Below, piece by piece: positions 10,077 to 19,456 of a stretch of DNA of 64,000 nucleotides (positions are counted from its first letter, which is position 1; every line of letters starts with the position of its first letter). The stretch is from an uncultured Chloroflexia bacterium (GTDB lineage Bacteria > Chloroflexota > Anaerolineae > Anaerolineales > E44-bin32): positions 140,187-204,186 of the forward strand of contig CAVZPO010000021.1 of the NCBI GenBank assembly GCA_963777165.1, read 5' to 3'. The translations under genes were made by a program, and so were the position numbers. The notes beneath the pieces were generated by a model. It ran no database searches. It saw only the letters and a list, made by a program, of their open reading frames with translations, and was not told the origin of the DNA.

Positions 10077-10964
10077 TCAACGGGCCGGCCGCGGCGACGG
10101 AGGAGTCTTCCGCTGCTTGCGAGCCGGCGATCGTTTACCCGCGGCCTTTGGCCCCGCAGCGGACGAGCCCGCTCGCGCCACGCGGTCGGCGCCCTTCCCC
10201 TTCGTAAGTTGGAACTCACGAATCACCTTGCGCAGGCGCGCCGCTTGCGAAGGCGAGAGATCCGGCCGCCTTCGTTCCAGGACAGCCAGGAACCGGCCCT
10301 GGGAGGCAACGTCAATGGCCGGGAAGCAGCTGAGCGCGTGCGTGGGCACGTCACGCGGCAGGCAGGTCTCCAGCCGGCGCAGCAGGTGCGGTAGGATCCT
10401 CGGACGATCGCTTCGGCTCGCTCCGGCGACCCCAGCCAGCGTTCGTACGCCCCAGACGACGGTAATGACGGTTCCCCGATCGAGGGCGGCAAGGATTTCG
10501 TCGAGACGGGACCCGATGACTCTGGCCCTCAGCGGGGCGATGGTCCCGAGCGCGATCATGCTCCCCCACACCATCCGGTTGTTCTTACTCCTCAGCAGGC
10601 CCAGAAACTCGCCGGCGTAGTCGGCGATCAATGCGGGGTCGAGATAGCCGATCTCGTAGAGCACCTTCAGGCAGTCGCTCTGCACGCTGCGATTCGGGTT
10701 GGTCAGGTTGCGCGCGATTTCCCGGATCCCGGCCGTGTCCTTGCGGCGCGCCAGGGCGCGAGCCAGTTGCTGGTTCGGCACCTCATCCCGTCGCCCCTGG
10801 TAGTATGCGATTCTCGCCAGGACGGTCATGCGGGCAACTCCGTGAGTGCTCATCGAGGCGTCACGCTTCGGCGGCCGGTTCGGCCGGGCACCTTGCGCGC
10901 CAGATGGGTCGATCACGATGGCCGGCAGCTCGACGGGCTCATCCGCCTGCGGCAGGCGCGCCAT
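10077..10964 (-). CDS. HEAT/ARM-like repeat protein with Lys/Arg/Pro-rich C-terminal tail
   Basis: Helical-repeat-like sequence (IREIARNLTNPNRSVQSDCLKVLYEIG; NNRMVWGSMIALGTIA) and a basic tail (KGKGADR..KRSPARKQRKTPPSPRPAR). The start may be an internal Met at 10853 or 10829. Confidence 0.45.
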   Translation of the reverse strand: MARLPQADEPVELPAIVIDPSGAQGARPNRPPKRDASMSTHGVARMTVLARIAYYQGRRDEVPNQQLARALARRKDTAGIREIARNLTNPNRSVQSDCLKVLYEIGYLDPALIADYAGEFLGLLRSKNNRMVWGSMIALGTIAPLRARVIGSRLDEILAALDRGTVITVVWGVRTLAGVAGASRSDRPRILPHLLRRLETCLPRDVPTHALSCFPAIDVASQGRFLAVLERRRPDLSPSQAARLRKVIREFQLTKGKGADRVARAGSSAAGPKAAGKRSPARKQRKTPPSPRPAR

Positions 10965-11110
10965 CCATTGTCGCGCCCTTCCTGCCCGTCGAGGTCTAGT
11001 TGCGGGGGTCGGGCGCGCGACCGTTCGGTTGGCACCGGAACCGCCCGCGGGGGGATTCCTTCGGCGATCGGGGGACGGTTGCGCGGCCCAAGCGGGCTAC
11101 AATCCACCAC

Positions 11111-11725
11111 ATGTCCCGGCTCACGCGTCGTTTCTTCCAGCGCCCGACGCTGATCGTGGCCCGGGAACTCCTGGGGGCGCGGCTGGTGCGCGTTGAGCGG
11201 AGCGGCTCCCGCACCAGCGGGTTGATCGTCGAGGTGGAGGCCTACCTTGGATCTGACGACCTGGGTTGCCATGCGCGTTCCGGGCGAACGGAGCGCAACG
11301 CCGCGATGTGGGGCCCGGCCGGTCGCGCCTACGTCTACTTCACCTACGGCATGCACTGGTGTCTGAATGTGGTCACCGAAGTGGACGGCTTCCCCGCTGC
11401 CGTGCTGCTGCGCGCCCTCGTCCCGGTTGAGGGGCGGGAGACCATGCGCCGTCGTCGCGGCCCTGCCGGAGACCGGGACATGACCGGCGGTCCTGCCCGG
11501 CTGTGCCAGGCCCTGGGGATCGATCGACGGTTCAACGGCCACGATCTGTGTGCGCCCGAGGCGAATCTGTTCCTGGAAGCGGGCGTCCTCATCCCAGAAC
11601 TCGACGTGTCCAAGAGCCCGCGGGTGGGGTTAAACAAGGTACCAGAGCCGTGGCGCAGCCTCCCCTGGCGCTTCCTCGTCCGGCCATCCGCACAAGCCGC
11701 GCTTCGCCCGGCCGGAGGCGCGTGA
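11111..11725 (+). CDS. DNA-3-methyladenine glycosylase (Mpg/AAG family)
   Basis: From ATG 11111: MSRLTRRFFQRPTLIVARELLGARLV....GLIVEVEAYLG..DLGCHA..GRTERNAAMWGPAGRAYVYFTYGMHWCLNVV. Confidence 0.85.
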   Translation: MSRLTRRFFQRPTLIVARELLGARLVRVERSGSRTSGLIVEVEAYLGSDDLGCHARSGRTERNAAMWGPAGRAYVYFTYGMHWCLNVVTEVDGFPAAVLLRALVPVEGRETMRRRRGPAGDRDMTGGPARLCQALGIDRRFNGHDLCAPEANLFLEAGVLIPELDVSKSPRVGLNKVPEPWRSLPWRFLVRPSAQAALRPAGGA

Positions 11726-11748
11726 ACTTGGGCCAAGGAGAAACCCTC

Positions 11749-12537
11749 ATGAACCTGTTGGACGGAAAGACGGCGCTGATCTTCGGCGTCGCCAACGATC
11801 ACTCGATCGCCTGGGGGATCGCCAAGGAGCTCCACGCGCACGGGGCGCGCCTGGCCTTCTCGTACGCTGGCGAAGCGCTCGAGCGCCGCGTCCGCCCGCT
11901 GGCCGAGTCCGTGGGCGCGAGCTTTGTCGAGCCGTGTGACGTCGGCAAGGACGCCGACATCGAGGCGGTGTTCGCCAAGGCCGCCCCCGCGCTGGGGAAG
12001 ATCGACATCCTGGTGCACGCCGTGGCGTACGCCGGGAGGGAAGAGCTCAGCCGCCCGTACTCAGAGACCAGCCGGGCCGGCTTCCAGACGGCGATGGACA
12101 TCAGCGTGTACTCCTTCACAGCCCTGGCACGCGCCGCGCGCCCTCTCATGCCGGACGGCGGCTCGATGCTTACGCTGACGTACTACGGGAGCCAGAAAGT
12201 GATGCCCAACTACAACGTGATGGGCGTGGCCAAGGCCGCGCTGGAATCTTCGGTGCGCTACCTGGCCGCCGAGCTTGGCCCCCAGGGCATTCGGGTCAAC
12301 GCCATCTCGGCCGGCCCGGTGCGGACGTTGTCGGCCGCGGGCGTCAGCGGGTTCAAGGATCTGTACCGCGCCTTCACCGAGATCGCCCCGCTGCGGCGCC
12401 CGATCACCATCGAGGATGTAGGGGGAACGGCTGTCTGGCTGGCGTCGGACCTCTCGCGCACGGTCACCGGCGAAGTGGTGTACGTCGATTCCGGCTACAA
12501 TATTCTCGGTCTGACCGCCCCCACGGCCGCAGAGTAG
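11749..12537 (+). CDS. fabI: enoyl-ACP reductase (NADH)
   Basis: AAGGAG 8 nt upstream of ATG 11749. MNLLDGKTALIFGVANDHSIAWGIA...YYGSQKVMPNYNVMGVAKAALE...RVNAISAGPVRTLSA. Confidence 0.95.
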   Translation: MNLLDGKTALIFGVANDHSIAWGIAKELHAHGARLAFSYAGEALERRVRPLAESVGASFVEPCDVGKDADIEAVFAKAAPALGKIDILVHAVAYAGREELSRPYSETSRAGFQTAMDISVYSFTALARAARPLMPDGGSMLTLTYYGSQKVMPNYNVMGVAKAALESSVRYLAAELGPQGIRVNAISAGPVRTLSAAGVSGFKDLYRAFTEIAPLRRPITIEDVGGTAVWLASDLSRTVTGEVVYVDSGYNILGLTAPTAAE

Positions 12538-12555
12538 CGGCGAGGTTGAGGACGC

Positions 12556-13722
12556 ATGCGCCGACTGTTCCGCCAAGTGCTCGCTTCCCTGGCCCCCCGG
12601 GTGGATCCCGACGAGAAGCCCTACCGCGTCCAGCTGGGGCGGGCGGCCGTCCGGGTCTCCCTGGTGCTGCTCAGCTGCTGGCTGCTGATCGAAATCCTGA
12701 TCGTGCAGCTGCTGCGGCCCGAGTCCGACCATGCCTGGCGCTACGACCTAGTGGCGATCCTCGTCCTGGCGGCGGTCCTGGCGGTGGCCGAAGGGTTCGT
12801 GCGCAAGGGGCGCACGACGGTCGTCGGGTACCTGCTGGCGATCAGCTTCTTCCTGTACCCGCTGGTGAATGCGTTTATCGTCCCAGGGGACATCTACCTG
12901 GTCAACGTCGCCTTCCTGATCTCGATTGTCGCCGCCGGCGCTATGGTCGGCGGCGGCCCGGCCTACCTGTTTGCCGGACTGACGACGCTGGCCAACGTCG
13001 GGACCTGGCTCTACGCCAGCGGCCATCCCGTGGCGCTGGTCCATCCCTTCGACCCGACGACCGGGGCGATCTTCCTGCTGAGCAACACCCTCGTGGCCGT
13101 GGCCCTGGCCGCGGTGCTGAACTTCTACTCCAGCTACATGCGGCGCAGCATCTCGGCTCTGAACGTGCAGGCCGAGCAGATGACCGAGCTGGCGCATACC
13201 GATCCGATGACCGGGCTGGCCAACCGGCGCTGGCTGATGGAACAGCTCGGGCGTGAGTTCTCGCGCGCCCGGCGCTACCGGCGGCCGCTCAGTCTGCTCT
13301 ATCTCGACCTCGACGGGTTCAAGGCGATCAACGACCGCTTCGGCCACCTGTTCGGCGACGAGGTGCTCACCGGGGCCGGGCGGGCGATGAAGTCCGTGCT
13401 GCGCTCGACCGACTTGCTGGCGCGCATCGGCGGAGACGAGTTCGTCGTCCTGCTTCCTGAGACCGGGATCGAGGGCGCCCACAACGTAACCGCCAAACTG
13501 CGCAAGTCGCTCAACGCCTACGGCCAGCAGCTCGGCCCGGCGGTCCCGATGTTGTCGTTCTGCGCCGGCGTCAGCCAGCTCCATCCGGACAATTCCACGA
13601 TCGACGACATCCTGTCCCGCGCCGACGAAGCACAGTATCTGGCCAAGGGCACGGGCCCCGGGCACACCCGCTCCGAACGCGAACTCGTCGTCTCTCCGCC
13701 GCCTTCACCTTCGCCGGGGTAG
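12556..13722 (+). CDS. membrane-anchored diguanylate cyclase (GGDEF)
   Basis: About 190 aa of TM segments, then DPMTGLANRR...LDLDGFKAINDRFGHLFGDEVL...RIGGDEFVVLLPE. Confidence 0.85.
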   Translation: MRRLFRQVLASLAPRVDPDEKPYRVQLGRAAVRVSLVLLSCWLLIEILIVQLLRPESDHAWRYDLVAILVLAAVLAVAEGFVRKGRTTVVGYLLAISFFLYPLVNAFIVPGDIYLVNVAFLISIVAAGAMVGGGPAYLFAGLTTLANVGTWLYASGHPVALVHPFDPTTGAIFLLSNTLVAVALAAVLNFYSSYMRRSISALNVQAEQMTELAHTDPMTGLANRRWLMEQLGREFSRARRYRRPLSLLYLDLDGFKAINDRFGHLFGDEVLTGAGRAMKSVLRSTDLLARIGGDEFVVLLPETGIEGAHNVTAKLRKSLNAYGQQLGPAVPMLSFCAGVSQLHPDNSTIDDILSRADEAQYLAKGTGPGHTRSERELVVSPPPSPSPG

Positions 13723-13737
13723 GGCAGCACGAAGCGG

Positions 13738-13960
13738 TCAGCTTTCAGCCGTCAGCGATCAACGATCAGCGGTCGGAGGCTGGGTAGGACCGGTATCTGT
13801 TCCCATCGCATGTGGCAGGTGGCGGGTGGCAATTAGCCTAAAGCTCGGCGCCAGCTGTGTTCCCTGGTCGCCAACGGCCAATTGCCAGTGGCTGATTGCT
13901 GGCTGCTAATCGCTGCTTGCTTGTTGCGGATCGCTGACTGCTGATCGCTATTCGCTTCTT
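13738..13960. repeat. intergenic element made of inverted heptanucleotide-repeat arrays (copy 1)
   Basis: Left arm: 6 units of period 7 with TCAGC at 13738, 13745, 13752, (13759), 13766, (13773). Right arm: 13 units of period 7, each starting GC(T/C), at 13870...13954 (for example GCTGATT GCTGGCT GCTAATC GCTGACT GCTGATC). The arms are reverse complements in motif. Confidence 0.8.
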
Positions 13961-13977
13961 CCCAATCGAGGTGCCCC

Positions 13978-14403
13978 GTGGTCCACACCGGCCGAATACG
14001 CCTGAACACGCGTGGCAACGCCGATACTCACGACCTGACCGAACGGGTGGCGGAGGTCGTCGCCGAGTCGGGAGTCCATGCAGGCACGGCCACGGTCTTC
14101 ACCCCTTCCTCGACCAGCGCGCTGACGACCATCGAGTACGAGGACGGCGCGCTCGAAGACCTGCGCCGAGCGCTGAACGAGATCGCCTCGCCGGAACGTG
14201 AATACCGCCACAACCTGCGTTGGGGTGACGGGAACGGACATGCGCACCTGCGGGCGGCGCTCCTCGGTCCTTCGCTCAGCATCCCGGTCGTCGACGGGCG
14301 CCTCACGCTGGGCACCTGGCAGCAGGTGCTCTACCTCGATTTCGACGTCCGACCGCGGCAGCGAGAGATCCTGGTGCAGGTGGTGGGCGAGGCGCAGGGA
14401 TGA
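13978..14403 (+). CDS. YjbQ/UPF0047 family protein (secondary thiamine-phosphate synthase-like)
   Basis: 141 aa; TATVFTPSSTSALTTIEYEDGALEDL....GNGHAHLRAALLGPSLSIPV..G.L.LGTWQQV. Confidence 0.85.
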   Translation: MVHTGRIRLNTRGNADTHDLTERVAEVVAESGVHAGTATVFTPSSTSALTTIEYEDGALEDLRRALNEIASPEREYRHNLRWGDGNGHAHLRAALLGPSLSIPVVDGRLTLGTWQQVLYLDFDVRPRQREILVQVVGEAQG

Positions 14404-15285
14404 GGGCCGCGCAAGGTTCGCCTGCCGATGGACGCCGCTTGCTTGCCGTCCTCGCCCATCCAGACGACGAGAGCTTCGGCCCTGGAGGCACGCTGGCCCT
14501 GTATGCCCGGCGCGGCGTCGACGTGCACCTCGTCTGCGCCACGCGGGGCGAGGTCGGGACGGTCTCCGAGGAACTGCTGGCCGGGCACGCCAGTGTCGGG
14601 GCGCTGCGGGAGAACGAGCTGCGCTGCGCCGCCGGACATCTGGGGCTGACCGATGTTCACTTCCTCGGGTATCGCGAACTCGGGAATGCCGGGCTCGGAA
14701 GACAACCGACACCCGGAGGCTCTGGCGGCCGCGCCGCTCGACGAGGTGGCGGCGCAGGTGACGCAGTTGATGCGCCGCCTTCGTCCGCAGGTCGTGATCA
14801 CCTTCGACCCGATCGGGGGCTATCGGCATCCCGATCACATCGCCATCCACCGCGCCACCCTGGCGGCCTTCGAAGCCAGCGGCGACCCCGCCCGCTTTCC
14901 GGACCGCGGGCCGGCTTATCAGCCGCTGAAGCTCTACTACCATACGTTCGGCCGGCGGTTCCTGCGTCTGGCGGTGCGGGTGATGCCTCTCCTCGGCCGT
15001 GATCCCCGCCGCTTCGGGCGCAACGGCGATATCGACCTCACCGAAATCGCCAACCAGGATTTCCCCCTTCACGCGTTCATCGATTTCCGCCAAGTCGCCG
15101 AGGCGAAAGCGCGGGCGGCGGCCTGCCATGCCAGCCAGGGTGGTCCGCCGACCTCGGGGCTGATGGGCTGGTTCTTCCGCCTGGCCGGAGGCAACGAGAC
15201 CTTCACCCGCGCTCTTCCGCCTCCGACGCCCGGCCTCCGAGAGACCGATCTCTTCGCAGGGGTTCCGCCGGAGGGAGCTCCATGA
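14400..15285 (+). pseudogene. PIG-L/LmbE family N-acetylglucosaminyl deacetylase, interrupted by a +1 frame shift near 14677
   Basis: Frame 0 reads LLAVLAHPDDESFGPGGTLA...VHFLGYRE. Frame +1 continues SGMPGSEDNRHPEAL...ITFDPIGGYRHPDHIAIHRAT. Removing one A from gaac (14676-14679) restores GYRDSGMPG. The start overlaps the yjbQ stop (ATGA). Confidence 0.8.
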
Positions 15286-15913
15286 CCGGTCGGCCCGATC
15301 CCCACGCGCAGATCATCGCCCGCTATCGCCGGGTCGCTCATCTTCCCGATGGATTGTTCTACTCACCTTCCCGATTCGCCGGCAGGCTGTACGGCGGCTG
15401 GCGCTGGCGCCGGGTGGATCCGTGCTCGAGGTGGGTTGCGGCTCGGGGGTCAACTTCCCCTTCCTGCTCGGGGCCGTCGGCCCCGCCGGGAAGATCGTGG
15501 GCGTCGATCTCAGCCCGGAGATGATCGCCGCCGCCCGGGCGCGGTTCCGACGCCGCGGCTGGTCCCAAATCCGTCTGATCGAGAGCGCGGCCAAGAGCCT
15601 GCGCCTCGACGAACAGTTCGATGCGCTCCTTCTCTTCGCCATGCACGATGTGTTCACCTCCCCGGCCGGGCTCGATGGCAGCTTCGCCCGTGTGCATCCG
15701 GGAGGGCGCGTCGTCGCCGCCGGTCCGATGCTGGCCGCCGGGCGGCTCGGACGCATCCTGAACCCGGTCGTGGGTGCGGTCTTTCAGCGTTTTGCCGTCT
15801 CGAGCCTCGATCGAGACCGACCCTGGCGATTGCTGGCCGAACGAGTTCGGGACCTGCATGTCGAGCGACCCGGTCCGGGTGTGCTTTTCTTGGCTTGGGG
15901 CGATGTCGCCTGA
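15282..15913 (+). pseudogene. class I SAM-dependent methyltransferase, apparent -1 frame shift near 15388-15395
   Basis: ATG 15282 overlaps the PIG-L stop (ATGA) and encodes MTGRPDPHAQIIARYRRVAHLPDGLF..FAGRL. Motif I lies in another frame: RRLALAPGGSVLEVGCGSGVNF...GKIVGVDLSPEMI. The track ORF at 15422 starts exactly at motif I, which would be a truncated enzyme. Confidence 0.6.
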
Positions 15914-15969
15914 CGGCAAGGCGTTGCGCGGCTACCGGACAGGTGGTGGTCGACATGAAGAACGAAGAG

Positions 15970-15997
15970 CAGGCTCCGGCGCATGCGCCGGAGCCTG
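15970..15997. terminator. perfect 28-nt palindrome between convergent genes (possible bidirectional terminator)
   Basis: caggctccggcgca/tgcgccggagcctg read directly. It lies between the methyltransferase (+) and rubrerythrin (-) 3' ends. There is no U-tract. Confidence 0.45.
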
Positions 15998-16028
15998 CGG
16001 CCTTACGGGTCAAATCGCTGATTGGTCG

Positions 16029-16532
16029 CTAGAACTTGCGGAACTTGTCGTGCTTGGCGCCGCACACCGGGCATACGTCAGGCGGCTCCCCCTCCATCGT
16101 GAATCCGCAGGAGGTGCACACCCAGAGATCGACCGTTGCCAGGTCCTTGCCGTCAGACACCGCCTTGTGCGCCTGCGTGTACAGGGCGGCATGGACGACC
16201 TCGGCTTTCAGCGCCCAGTTCATCGAGCGCAGCGCCTTGCTTTCACCCTGGGCTTCCGCTTCCGCCGTGTAGGCCGGGTACATCTCCTCCACCTCGAACG
16301 TCTCGCCCTCGATGGCCATCGCCAGGTTGGCGAGGGTGTCCTCGATCCCGCCCAAAGCGCGCAGGTGGCTGCTGGCGTGAATCCGTTCGGAGAACGCCGC
16401 GGCATGGAACAGCCGTGCCACGTTCGGCCGGCCCTCTTTCTCCGCCCGCTCGGCGAAGTTGGTGTACTTCAAGTGCGCCTGGCTCTCGCCCCCAAAGGCG
16501 GCCTCCAGGTTGTCTTCCGTCATCTGCTTCAT
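16029..16532 (-). CDS. rubrerythrin
   Basis: ATG 16532 preceded by GAGGAGG. Diiron four-helix motifs (E..H pairs: ESQAHLKY, ERIHA, EGETFEVEEMY, EVVHA). C-terminal rubredoxin motif CTSCG...CPVCG. Confidence 0.9.
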   Translation of the reverse strand: MKQMTEDNLEAAFGGESQAHLKYTNFAERAEKEGRPNVARLFHAAAFSERIHASSHLRALGGIEDTLANLAMAIEGETFEVEEMYPAYTAEAEAQGESKALRSMNWALKAEVVHAALYTQAHKAVSDGKDLATVDLWVCTSCGFTMEGEPPDVCPVCGAKHDKFRKF

Positions 16533-16744
16533 CTCTGCCTCCTCATCGCCCCGCATCCCCTGATCGGGATTGCGAGCGGGCCCTCGGTGAGCACCACCAG
16601 GATTCTTTGGCTTGAGGATGGGCCTCCGGCCATCATGGGGCAAGTACAAATGGTCACACCCGACAGCGCAGAGACTCACCGGGTGGACAGACGTCTGCCC
16701 CCGGGCGGCGCGTGGTATGATTGCACGTCCTCGACCCGGACCCC

Positions 16745-18922
16745 ATGAACGCCGATCGCAACCTGTCCCTCACCCCGCCGAATGGTTTCAACCTGCCGCG
16801 CCGCCTGCGCCGGCTGGCCGACCTGGCCTATAACTTGTGGTGGACCTGGCATCCGGATTCGGCGCGCATCTTCCGCTATCTCGACGCCGAGGTCTGGGAG
16901 CGGACGGCACATAACCCGGTTCACTTTTTGCGCCAGGTACCGCCCGAGACGCTCCGCCGCGCCACCAACGATCGCGGTTTCCTCGACTTCCATGATCGCG
17001 TCCTGCGCGCATTCGACGAGTACATGGCCAAAGGAGCGGAGGCCTGGTACCCGCGCGTTCATCCCGATCGGATGAACCAGCCGATTGCCTATTTCTCCAC
17101 CGAGTTCGGACTGCATGAGTCGCTCCCGATCTATGCCGGCGGCCTGGGCGTACTCTCCGGGGATCATCTCAAGGAAGCCAGCGACCTCGGCCTGCCGCTG
17201 GTCGCCGTCGGCTTCCTGTATACCCAGGGATACTTCCGCCAGCGGCTGAATGACGACGGCTGGCAGGAAGCGCGCTACACCCCGCTGGCCTTCGCCGACC
17301 TGCCGGTCTACCCGGTGTTCGACGCGCTCGGCGAGATGCTGATGATCACCGTCGAGCTCCCGGGGCGGCCGGTACACGCCCGGCTGTGGCGCATCCAGGT
17401 CGGCCGCGTGCCGTTGTTTCTGATCGACAGCGACGTCGAGGCCAATCAGCCTGCCGACCGCAGCCTGACCGCCCGCCTGTACACCAGCGACCTGGAGATG
17501 CGCATCTCGCAGGAGATCCTGCTGGGGATCGGCGGCGTGCGGGCCTTGCGCGCGCTGGGCTACAACCCGGCCGTCTGGCACATGAATGAAGGCCACTCGG
17601 CCTTCCTTGCGCTCGAGCGGGCGCGCGAGTTGGTGGCCGCCGGGCGGACGTTCGCGCAGGCGTCCGAACGCGTTCGCGCCTCCAGCCTATTCACCACCCA
17701 CACCCCTGTCGCCGCCGGACACGACGAGTTCCCGCTGTGGCTGATGGAGAAATACTTCGGAAGCTTCTGGCCCCAGCTCGGACTTGACCGGGAGGTATTC
17801 CTCGATCTCGCCCGACACAAGGAAGCCTGGGGCGAGACTTTCAGCATGGCCATCCTGGCCATGCGCTCCGCCGACCGCGCCAACGGCGTCTCCGAACTGC
17901 ACGGCCAGGTCGCCCGCAAGATGTGGTCGTACCTGTGGCCGAGCCTGCCCGTCGAGCAGGTGCCGATCGGGCACATCACGAACGGGATTCATACCGGGAC
18001 ATGGCTGGCGCGTCGAATGTGGCTGCTCTTCGACCGCTACCTCGACCCCGGCTGGTACGACCGCCTGGACGACGCCGCGACCTGGGAGGCGATCGACCGC
18101 ATCCCGGACGAGGAGCTGTGGGCGGTGCGGCGGCACTTGAAACGCAAGCTGGCGGCTTACATGCGCGAGCGAGCCCGAGTGCAGTGGCACGAAGCGCGGG
18201 TCCATCCGGTCCAGATTATCGCCGCCGGTGTTCTGCTCGACCCGTACGCTCTGACGATCGGCTTTGCCCGCCGCTTCGCCACCTACAAACGCGCCAGCCT
18301 GATCTTGCACGATGTCGAGCGGCTGCTGGAGCTCGTCCATCGGCCGGGGATGCCGGTGCAGGTGATCTTCGCCGGCAAGGCGCATCCGGCCGATGAGCCC
18401 GGGAAGCTGCTGATCCAGGAGGTCTACCGCCAGGTGAAGCGCGCCGAGACTGGCGGGCGGTTGGTCTTCCTGGAGGACTACGACATCAACCTGGCGCGCT
18501 ATCTGGTGCAAGGCGTCGACCTGTGGCTGAACACGCCCCGGCGCCCTAACGAAGCCTCCGGCACCTCGGGCCAGAAGGCGGCGCTCAACGGCGCGTTGAA
18601 CCTATCGGCCCTCGACGGCTGGTGGCGGGAGGGCTTCAACGGACGCAACGGGTGGGCGATCGGGGACGAACGCGAGTACAGCGACCCGGCCGTGCAGGAC
18701 GCCGCCGACGCGGAGAGCCTGTACCATCTGCTCGAGGATGAGATCATCCCGCTCTACTACCTGGAACGATCGGCCGATCGGCTGCCGGGCGAGTGGCTCG
18801 GCCGCGTGAAGGAGTCGATCCGCACACTGGCCCCGCGCTTCAGCATGCGGCGCATGGTGCGCGAGTATGTGGAGGAGATGTATCTTCCGGCACTGCCCGA
18901 GCCGGAGCCGGCTCAGGTCTGA
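16745..18922 (+). CDS. glgP: alpha-glucan family phosphorylase (GT35)
   Basis: LADLAYNLWWTWHP; FSTEFGLHESLPIYAGGLGVLSGDHLK; FTTHTPVAAGHD; QVIFAGKAHPADEPGK; SGTSGQKAALNG. Confidence 0.85.
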   Translation: MNADRNLSLTPPNGFNLPRRLRRLADLAYNLWWTWHPDSARIFRYLDAEVWERTAHNPVHFLRQVPPETLRRATNDRGFLDFHDRVLRAFDEYMAKGAEAWYPRVHPDRMNQPIAYFSTEFGLHESLPIYAGGLGVLSGDHLKEASDLGLPLVAVGFLYTQGYFRQRLNDDGWQEARYTPLAFADLPVYPVFDALGEMLMITVELPGRPVHARLWRIQVGRVPLFLIDSDVEANQPADRSLTARLYTSDLEMRISQEILLGIGGVRALRALGYNPAVWHMNEGHSAFLALERARELVAAGRTFAQASERVRASSLFTTHTPVAAGHDEFPLWLMEKYFGSFWPQLGLDREVFLDLARHKEAWGETFSMAILAMRSADRANGVSELHGQVARKMWSYLWPSLPVEQVPIGHITNGIHTGTWLARRMWLLFDRYLDPGWYDRLDDAATWEAIDRIPDEELWAVRRHLKRKLAAYMRERARVQWHEARVHPVQIIAAGVLLDPYALTIGFARRFATYKRASLILHDVERLLELVHRPGMPVQVIFAGKAHPADEPGKLLIQEVYRQVKRAETGGRLVFLEDYDINLARYLVQGVDLWLNTPRRPNEASGTSGQKAALNGALNLSALDGWWREGFNGRNGWAIGDEREYSDPAVQDAADAESLYHLLEDEIIPLYYLERSADRLPGEWLGRVKESIRTLAPRFSMRRMVREYVEEMYLPALPEPEPAQV

Positions 18923-18925
18923 ACG

Positions 18926-19453
18926 ATGCTCGATACCCTTGCGATCCCGGCCGCCCTTCTGCCCCTGGTGATTTTCGGCTTGCGCGTGTTCGATATGACC
19001 TTCGATACGCTGCGGGTCCTGCTCGTCATCCGCGGCCGCAAGGCGCTGGCCTGGACGCTCGGCTTCGCGCAGTCCGCCATCTGGGTCGTGGCCATCTCGA
19101 GCGTGCTGCGCCACGTCGACAACGTTTGGAACGTGGTCGGCTACGCCGGCGGGTTCGCCACCGGGACGGTAATCGGCATGCTGATCGAAGAGCGGCTGGC
19201 GATCGGGCACGGCCACGTGCGCGTCATCAGCCCACACCGCGGCAGCGCCCTGGCCGACGCGATCCGCGCCTCGGGCTACGCCGTGACCGAACTTGCAGCG
19301 CGCGGCAAGGATGGAACCGTCGCGGTGCTGACGTGCAGCGTGCGCCGCCGCGACATCTCCCGGGTGACGCGCCAGGCGCATGCCATCGACCCCGAGGCAT
19401 TCGTCACCGTCGAAGATGTCCGTCCCCTTCACCGCGGTTACTGGGGAGCCTGA
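18926..19453 (+). CDS. UPF0316 (DUF2179-containing) membrane protein, paralog 1
   Basis: Three TM segments (FGLRVFDMTFDTLRVLLVIRG) plus a C-terminal soluble domain (AVTELAARGKDGTVAVLTCSVRRRD...AFVTVEDV). Confidence 0.7.
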   Translation: MLDTLAIPAALLPLVIFGLRVFDMTFDTLRVLLVIRGRKALAWTLGFAQSAIWVVAISSVLRHVDNVWNVVGYAGGFATGTVIGMLIEERLAIGHGHVRVISPHRGSALADAIRASGYAVTELAARGKDGTVAVLTCSVRRRDISRVTRQAHAIDPEAFVTVEDVRPLHRGYWGA

Positions 19454-19456
19454 GGC

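Noticed and set aside
13738-13960. Possible CRISPR array (regularly spaced repeats), here and at 44646-44801.
   Set aside because: The period is 7 nt with no spacers. The units are degenerate and arranged as inverted arms. There are no cas genes in the window.
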